Origin: an uncultured Bacteroidota bacterium
Lineage (GTDB): Bacteria; Bacteroidota; Bacteroidia; UKL13-3
Length of the DNA: 63,382 nucleotides
Assembly: GCA_903834625.1 (NCBI GenBank)
Contig: CAILJQ010000265.1
Span: 1 to 63,382, forward strand
Direction of reading: 5' to 3'
Part shown: piece by piece, positions 57,251 to 63,382 of the stretch
How positions within the stretch are numbered: the stretch's first letter is position 1
Layout: the number at the start of each line of letters is the position of its first letter
Position numbers and translations under genes: made by a program
The notes under the pieces: generated by a model
Told to the model about the DNA's origin: nothing
The model's database searches: none
What the model saw: only the letters and a program-made list of their open reading frames with translations

Positions 57251-58270
57251 TTACCCCGCAAAAGCTCGTTTGTGGGCAATTACTTCTACCAATTTAACAT
57301 CGGTTGATAGGAATCCTTCTTTGATGGGTTCTTCTCTTAATAAATCGGTGCTCAGGTATTTTTTATTGCTATCGCAAAAGATGGTAACTACAGATTTATC
57401 AACTCCATGTTTAAGTAACATCATTAAGGCTCCTAAAAAGTTGGCTCCCGATGAAATACCCACACCCAAACCTAATTGTGCTGAAAGTTTTTGAGCCATA
57501 ATAATGGCATCTCCGTCGTCTACCGAAACAATTTCATCTAATTCTTGAAGGTGAACAATGGCAGGAATAAACTCGTCTGAAATGCCTTGTATGCGGTGTT
57601 TGCCTACTTTATGTCCGGTTGTAAGGGTAGGCGAATTAGAGGGCTCTAGCGGACAAACAATAGCCTCTGGATGCATCGCTTTTAAGAATTTGTTTACGCC
57701 CATAATGGTTCCTCCCGAACCTACACCCGCAACAAAAATATCTGGACGTAAATACAATGATTGCATTTGCCACCAGATTTCTGGTCCGGTAGTAGTAGCA
57801 TGTGCATGTGTATTGTCTTCGTTTGAAAATTGAGAAGAAACAAAGCCTCCACAGGCGGCGGCAGCTTTATTAGCTAAATCTATTGATCCTAAAAATCCTC
57901 CCTCTTCTTTGCTCACCAAAGTAATATTGGCGCCCAAACTGCGGATAATATTTTTTCTTTCTTCGCTCATCCAATCGGGCATGAAAATATTTACTTCATG
58001 TCCAAGCGCCTTGCCAATAGCCGCTACAGAGATTCCTGTATTACCGCTGGTTGCTTCAAAAATAGGCATTCCTTCTTTGAGTGTACCTTTATCATATGCA
58101 TTACTTAAAATATGATAGGCCATGCGGTCTTTGATACTGCCAGTCATGTTTAAACTTTCTGCCTTTGCAAAAATGCGATAAGGAGCTCCTTGGTAGGTAA
58201 AATGAACTTCTAATAGGGGCGTATTGCCGATTAGGTTTTTAAGTGCTAAAGCTTTTTTGTTTTTCATCAT
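57251..58270 (-). CDS. PLP-dependent cysteine synthase family protein
   Basis: 339 aa with the PLP-lysine motif [10 protein letters not shown] and the glycine loop [10 protein letters not shown]. Confidence 0.85.
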   Translation of the reverse strand: MMKNKKALALKNLIGNTPLLEVHFTYQGAPYRIFAKAESLNMTGSIKDRMAYHILSNAYDKGTLKEGMPIFEATSGNTGISVAAIGKALGHEVNIFMPDWMSEERKNIIRSLGANITLVSKEEGGFLGSIDLANKAAAACGGFVSSQFSNEDNTHAHATTTGPEIWWQMQSLYLRPDIFVAGVGSGGTIMGVNKFLKAMHPEAIVCPLEPSNSPTLTTGHKVGKHRIQGISDEFIPAIVHLQELDEIVSVDDGDAIIMAQKLSAQLGLGVGISSGANFLGALMMLLKHGVDKSVVTIFCDSNKKYLSTDLLREEPIKEGFLSTDVKLVEVIAHKRAFAG

Positions 58271-58376
58271 GCAATGGTTTCGCTTACAAAGGTAAGTGAC
58301 AGGTTTTCTAAAAAATTGATATTTCTCATGAGAAAAATAAATCTTTTTGAGAATTTATTTCTACCATTTGCCTGCT

Positions 58377-59273
58377 TTATTCCTCTAAAAATTCAGTATT
58401 GTCGGATGGCGACCATTTAAAATAAAAATGAACAAGGGGCAGAACCAAGGTATATAAAAGCAAGGTGTATAGGTGGGCTTCGTAAATGGCGTCGAGGTAA
58501 AAGACAAAAAGGCTTCCTAGGGTTAGGTATAACCATTGCAGTTTAGAGATTTGGAAATTGATATATTGTTGAAGGGCTGTTTCAATTATTTTTTTGCTAT
58601 CTCTTTTGGCTTCTTTCCATCTTGTACCGAAACTTCTTCCATCTCTATCCATATGGGATAAAGGGTTAGAAATTAAGGCGAGTGAGATGATAACAGCCAA
58701 AAAATAAACTTGCACAGCAGAAATAAGGGTATACGTAAAACCTACTAAAGAGTATTTGTGCACTGCCATGTAGGGAAATAAGTTTTTTACAAAAACTTCA
58801 TTAAAATAGATAAAAATGATGCATATAAGAAACCAAAAATACAGCACTACTTTTTGGTTTGAGTCTATCACTTTTGTACTAAAACATGCGCGCAAAATGA
58901 GTGAGCTTGGATATAAAGCTACTGCTGCAAATACATATAAAAACAAGTTATTTGGCTTTTGGTATATGTCTGAACCAAGCACATACCAAAAATACAAAGA
59001 ATACAGGTAGATATATGCCTCATTCATTTTTGGAGCAACTTGTTTAGGCTGAGTGAAGGTGAGTAGGAAGGTCCAATAAGCGGTAAACAAAAGTGCAATA
59101 ATAGGGTTGCTACCAATTCCTTCATAGGCTACAAGCGTAAACAAAAAGGAGAAGAAAACGCCAGCCCAAAATGCCCAATTCCACTTTTTTAGAATGCTCA
59201 TTCTGGTTTGCCAAATGCTTAATAAAATTATGAGCAATTGAAATAGGAGTGAGTAGGCACTAATAGGTCCCAT
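58377..59273 (-). CDS. hypothetical polytopic membrane protein
   Basis: 298 aa, about 8 hydrophobic helices. I recognise no motif. Confidence 0.4.
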   Translation of the reverse strand: MGPISAYSLLFQLLIILLSIWQTRMSILKKWNWAFWAGVFFSFLFTLVAYEGIGSNPIIALLFTAYWTFLLTFTQPKQVAPKMNEAYIYLYSLYFWYVLGSDIYQKPNNLFLYVFAAVALYPSSLILRACFSTKVIDSNQKVVLYFWFLICIIFIYFNEVFVKNLFPYMAVHKYSLVGFTYTLISAVQVYFLAVIISLALISNPLSHMDRDGRSFGTRWKEAKRDSKKIIETALQQYINFQISKLQWLYLTLGSLFVFYLDAIYEAHLYTLLLYTLVLPLVHFYFKWSPSDNTEFLEE

Positions 59274-59279
59274 ATCATT

Positions 59280-60983
59280 TTAAGCTGTTTTAGGTTTCGG
59301 TTCGAACCAATGGAAAAGGTAAAAGACAAAAGCAATACCTATAACCAATAAACTACCGAAAAGGTTAAACCACAAGAAGCTAATAGAGGTAAAGAAATAT
59401 AAAGTTAGCACAACTATTTCAGATATAACAGCTGCATAAAATGCTTGTCCGCCTCCAATTTGTTTGAACATAAAGGCAATTAAAAATATACCTAATATGG
59501 TTCCATAAAAGAGCGAACCTAATACATTTACTGCTTCAATTAAACTACCTAATTTATTGGCAAACATGGCAACAAAAATGGCATAAACACCCCATAGGGC
59601 AGTTGTTAATTTAGATACCTTCAAGTAATGTTCATCTGATCCATCTTTTTTGAAACTACGTTTGTAAATATCTATGATGGTGCATGATGCCAAGGCGTTT
59701 AATTCGGCCGATTTACTTTGCATGGATGCGGCAAAAATAACAGCTATTAATAAACCAATTAAACCATGAGGGAGGTAGTCAATTACAAAGCGAAGGAAGA
59801 TATAATTGGTATCGTCTGTTTCTGCCTTTGGGTCGTTTTGACGCATCAGGGTTTTGGCTTGTTTACGTAATACTTGCGTGGCATTTTCAGCAATAAATAA
59901 ATTGTGTTTGGCTTTTTCAACTTGCACTTCATCGCCACTTTTTAAACCTTGGTTTAGGTCGCTAGCAGAACGTTGTTTTTGTGCGTTCCAAAAGGCATGT
60001 TTGTTATTTAATTGTTGCCATTCTGTTTTGTATTGACTGTTTTCTAACTTAGTAGTTTCAGTTGAATTGAAGAACAATGGGGCAGGTAAAAATTGGTAAA
60101 AAACAAACAACAATACACCTATCAATAAAATGAAAAATTGCATAGGAACTTTAATCAAACCATTCATAAGGAGACCCATGCTGCTTTGGTTCAAATCTTT
60201 GGAAGAAATATACCTAGAAACCTGACTTTGGTCGGTGCCAAAATAGGAAAGTGCCAAAAAGAAGCCTCCAATAATTCCGCTCCAAAGGGTGTATTTATTG
60301 TTTAAGTCAAAGCCCAGATCGATGATATTCATTTTACCCATTTTGCCACCCATTTGCACTGCCTCTGAAAAGCCAATGTCTTCTGGTAGTAAACGTACAA
60401 TCATGTAACCAGCTAGGAACATTCCAATGAAGATGATGGTCATTTGCTGCAAATGGGTATAACTTACTGCCTTAGAGCCACCAGCTACGGTATATAAAAT
60501 TACAATGCCACCAATAAACAAGTTGGTATAATAAATATTCCAACCTAGTAACGCAGATAAAATAAGGCTGGGTGCATATAAAGTTAATCCAGAAGCCAAA
60601 CCTCTTTGGGTTAGAAAAAGGAGGGAAGTAAAAACGCGTGTTTTTTGGTCGAAGCGATTTTCAAGGAACTCATAAGCTGTATAAACCTTCAATTTATGGT
60701 ATATAGGCAAAAAGAAAACGCTAATAACCACCATGGCAATAGGCAAACCAAAATAATATTGCACAAAGCGCATTCCATCTGTATATGCCTGTCCGGGTGC
60801 AGATAGGAAGGTGATGGCACTGGCTTGGGTAGCCATAATGCTTAAACCAACCATATACCAAGGGGTGCTTTTATCGCCCTTGAGGTAAGTATCTATGTTG
60901 GTGGCTCCTCTACTTTTGTATATGCCATATCCTGCAATACCAAATAAGGAGGCCAGTAAAACAACCCAATCTAAAATGCTCAT
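59280..60983 (-). CDS. sodium:solute symporter (SSS) family transporter
   Basis: 567 aa with at least 13 TM helices, the typical SSS N-terminus (DWVVLLASLFGIAGYGIYKSRG), and a roughly 95 aa hydrophilic insertion. Confidence 0.85.
   Translation of the reverse strand: MSILDWVVLLASLFGIAGYGIYKSRGATNIDTYLKGDKSTPWYMVGLSIMATQASAITFLSAPGQAYTDGMRFVQYYFGLPIAMVVISVFFLPIYHKLKVYTAYEFLENRFDQKTRVFTSLLFLTQRGLASGLTLYAPSLILSALLGWNIYYTNLFIGGIVILYTVAGGSKAVSYTHLQQMTIIFIGMFLAGYMIVRLLPEDIGFSEAVQMGGKMGKMNIIDLGFDLNNKYTLWSGIIGGFFLALSYFGTDQSQVSRYISSKDLNQSSMGLLMNGLIKVPMQFFILLIGVLLFVFYQFLPAPLFFNSTETTKLENSQYKTEWQQLNNKHAFWNAQKQRSASDLNQGLKSGDEVQVEKAKHNLFIAENATQVLRKQAKTLMRQNDPKAETDDTNYIFLRFVIDYLPHGLIGLLIAVIFAASMQSKSAELNALASCTIIDIYKRSFKKDGSDEHYLKVSKLTTALWGVYAIFVAMFANKLGSLIEAVNVLGSLFYGTILGIFLIAFMFKQIGGGQAFYAAVISEIVVLTLYFFTSISFLWFNLFGSLLVIGIAFVFYLFHWFEPKPKTA
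59299..59308. repeat. iterated motif copy GGTTCGAACC (perfect palindrome)
   Basis: At the 3' end of the SSS symporter gene, encoding WFEP (a different frame). Confidence 0.9.
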
Positions 60984-61180
60984 GCCAAATTTTGGGTTAA
61001 AATGAAATAAATAATCATTTGAATGATTAACAGGATTATAACGGCGAAATACCAGTTTTTGAGCGAATTTTCGCTTTTTTCACTTATTTGTTCATCCTCA
61101 ATTTTTACCATTGGTATTATTTTTTATGGTTTAGCGCCAAACATCAAATATAATTGCCCTACTAAAACAAACCTAACATT

Positions 61181-62776
61181 ATGCGTGTATTTCCCCTTCT
61201 CCTCACAGGTGCCTTATTAAGTTTCAACGCCTTTGCGCAAAAGCAAGCTCCCGACAATTGGTTCAACCTTGACCCCAAACAAGATAAAATTTGGGGAGTT
61301 AGCACAGAGCGTGCATACAAAGAGTTGCCTATTGGAAAGAATTCTGAAAAAATTATCGTAGCAGTAATTGATGCAGGTACAGATATAAACCATGAAGACC
61401 TAAAAGGCAATTTGTGGGTAAACACCAAAGAAATTCCAGGTAATGGCATTGATGATGATAAAAACGGATACATAGATGATATCAACGGATGGAGTTTTAT
61501 TGGTGGAGCCAAAGGGAATGTAAAGGAGGATACCTATGAATACACACGTATTTTGGGTTCATACTTGGCTAAAGGCGTAAAAGAAGGCGAAACACCTAAT
61601 TTTAAAACTCCTGAAGAAAAAGCACTTTATGAGGCAGCCTTGAAATTGTATGAAGAAAATTATAAGTCAACCAAAGGTCAGTACGACCAGTTTACCGAGT
61701 TGATGGATAAAATTGAGGCAACCATTAAAAAGACAGGATCTAAAAATCCTACCATGGCTATGTTGGGATTATTGCCAGAAACCACTAAGGAAGAAAAGAG
61801 CTTAAAGCAAATTGTTTCTTATATAATCATGACAGGTGGTCCTGAGGAGTCGCCAGTAATGGTTTCTTTCAGAGAAGCGCAAGAGCAATTAGCCACTATG
61901 GTAAATTATAACCTTAACAAAAGCTTTGATCCCCGTTATATGGTTGGCGACAACTATGATGACTTAAAAGAGAGATATTATGGCAATAACCAAGTAAGTG
62001 CGCCAAACACAGATCATGGAACACATGTGGCAGGAATTATTGCTGCAGATAGAAACAATGATATTGGTATCAAAGGTATTTCTGATAGGGCTTTGATTAT
62101 GACTTTGCGTGTAGTACCAAACGGCGATGAGCGTGATAAAGATATTGCCAATGCCATTAGATATGCAGCAGATAACGGCGCAAAGGTAATTAACATGAGC
62201 TTTGGTAAGAAGTTAAGTCCAAACAAAGACATTATTGATGAGGCAGTAGCCTATGCAATGAGCAAAGATGTATTGTTAATACATGCTGCAGGTAATGATG
62301 GAAAAGATATTACCAAAGAGGATTTTTATCCTACAGCTACCAATGCTAAAACAGGTTTGAAAGCTGCCAATTGGATTGAAGTAGGTGCGTGCAGCTGGGA
62401 AGGAAAAAAGAAAAGAGTTGCTGATTTTTCAAATTATGGATTAACGGGTGTTGAAGTTTTTGCCCCTGGGGTAGATTTGAATTCATGTTACCCAGATAGC
62501 AAATACAAAAGTAATAGTGGTACAAGTATGGCTGCACCAGTAGTTTCTGGTATTGCCGCTGTTATTCGTCAGAACTATCCAAAACTCACCGCGGTTCAAA
62601 CCAAACAAATTATATTAATGAGTGCCATTCCTTGCAAAGAAAAAGTGATGTTACCTGGCAGCAAGAAGAAAACCAAAATGAAGAAAATTTCTGTAACAGG
62701 AGCTATTGTAAATGTATACGAAGCCTTGTTATTGGCAGAGAAAGTAAGCAAAGGAGAAGTTACCTTGCCACAATAA
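61181..62776 (+). CDS. S8 subtilisin-like serine peptidase, secreted
   Basis: It has a signal peptide. The catalytic triad motifs are VAVIDAGTD, HGTHVAGIIAA and SGTSMAAPVVSG. Confidence 0.9.
   Translation: MRVFPLLLTGALLSFNAFAQKQAPDNWFNLDPKQDKIWGVSTERAYKELPIGKNSEKIIVAVIDAGTDINHEDLKGNLWVNTKEIPGNGIDDDKNGYIDDINGWSFIGGAKGNVKEDTYEYTRILGSYLAKGVKEGETPNFKTPEEKALYEAALKLYEENYKSTKGQYDQFTELMDKIEATIKKTGSKNPTMAMLGLLPETTKEEKSLKQIVSYIIMTGGPEESPVMVSFREAQEQLATMVNYNLNKSFDPRYMVGDNYDDLKERYYGNNQVSAPNTDHGTHVAGIIAADRNNDIGIKGISDRALIMTLRVVPNGDERDKDIANAIRYAADNGAKVINMSFGKKLSPNKDIIDEAVAYAMSKDVLLIHAAGNDGKDITKEDFYPTATNAKTGLKAANWIEVGACSWEGKKKRVADFSNYGLTGVEVFAPGVDLNSCYPDSKYKSNSGTSMAAPVVSGIAAVIRQNYPKLTAVQTKQIILMSAIPCKEKVMLPGSKKKTKMKKISVTGAIVNVYEALLLAEKVSKGEVTLPQ
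62593..62602 (+). repeat. iterated motif copy GGTTCAAACC
   Basis: Inside the S8 peptidase gene, encoding AVQTK. Confidence 0.9.
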
Positions 62777-62796
62777 TCCATTGTTTTAAATAACAC

Positions 62797-62834
62797 AAAA
62801 GCCGCATAAAATATATTTTTATGCGGCTTTTTTT
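62797..62834 (+). terminator. rho-independent terminator
   Basis: AAAAGCCGCATAAAA-tatat-TTTTATGCGGCTTTTTTT, starting about 20 nt after the S8 stop. Confidence 0.7.
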
Positions 62835-63013
62835 ATTGTATTTAATACGAGTAAAAATTAAAATGGATTTTATGATAATCATTTAACTACGCATAGGTGT
62901 ATGGATGCTTATAGTAACAAAATAAAAATGTCTCTGCGAGTCCATAGTATTACTTCCTTGAAGGTATATCCAATTCCGGTATGCATGTTTTGATTATTTT
63001 TTTAGTTGGGTTA

Positions 63014-63382
63014 TCAATATACTTTTTTCATTTGTTCTTCCCATTGCTCACGCCTAATAGCATATACCAATTCGTCTTGATAGGCTCCATTTTTGAATAT
63101 AACTTTTTCAAACCTTCCTTCAAGTTGAAACTTGGTTTTTTCTAATAGTTTTTGAGAGTTGGTGTTGTTCCCAAATGGTCTGGCAAAAACACGGTTGATG
63201 TCATAGGTTTTAAAGGCAAAGTCGAGAATTTTTTGAATGGCAATACCCATTATTCCTTTTCCCCAAAAAGGTTCTGCAAGCCAATAGCCCAATTCGGCAT
63301 TTTTTTGGAATATATCATCCATGGGATGAATACCAATGCCGCCAATTGCCTCACCGTTCCAATCAATGGCGAAAATATGAAT
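63014..63382 (-). CDS. GNAT family N-acetyltransferase (RimJ/RimL-like), N-terminus beyond the window end
   Basis: ELGYWLAEPFWGKGIMG motif. The frame stays open upstream of the ORF-track Met (IHIFAIDWNGEAIGGIGIHPMDD...), so the CDS continues past 63382. Confidence 0.75.
   Translation of the reverse strand: MHIFAIDWNGEAIGGIGIHPMDDIFQKNAELGYWLAEPFWGKGIMGIAIQKILDFAFKTYDINRVFARPFGNNTNSQKLLEKTKFQLEGRFEKVIFKNGAYQDELVYAIRREQWEEQMKKVY

Noticed and set aside
61062-61080. Short hairpin AGCGAA-TT-TTCGCT followed by T6, upstream of the S8 peptidase gene
   Set aside because: The 6-bp stem has a sterically impossible 2-nt loop and no upstream gene on that strand to terminate. It is probably fortuitous.

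Overview
This 63.4 kb window looks like core chromosome of a Bacteroidota bacterium, probably the Sphingobacteriia/Chitinophagia type, at roughly 40% G+C by eye (not computed). The phylum call rests on a T9SS C-terminal sorting domain, TAnnTTTG-type promoter boxes, a subunit II cytochrome oxidase with an N-terminal cytochrome c domain, and the LptE / TPR protein / SecG / GroES-GroEL neighbourhood. About 57 protein genes are dense and mostly housekeeping. They include a roughly 9 kb aa3/caa3-type cytochrome c oxidase structural and assembly operon, surE, dnaB, holA, a DPP-IV plus two POT peptide transporters, groES-groEL, an ECF sigma/anti-sigma pair, secG, lptE, gltA, a TonB receptor, an MFS and an RND/TolC efflux set, mlaD, an amidase, an lptD-like gene, gcvT, a cysteine synthase, an SSS symporter and an S8 protease. 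I found no rRNA, tRNA, CRISPR, transposase, integrase, phage or recognisable defence genes. The most unusual signal is at the DNA level. A near-palindromic 10-mer, GGTTCRRACC (extended consensus TYGGTTCRRACCGAA), occurs at least 16 times where a base-composition estimate predicts well under one. The copies sit inside unrelated genes in several reading frames and on both strands, and identical 16-18-mers are shared by unrelated CDSs. This resembles an uptake-sequence or HIP1-type iterated genomic word. Secondary oddities are a GC-rich 15-bp tandem array downstream of groEL, an anti-sigma factor apparently fused to an outer-membrane beta-barrel, an acidic tandem-repeat protein, and head-to-head overlapping starts of the amidase and lptD-like genes. 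All functional calls come from reading the supplied translations for known motifs; no database search was possible.
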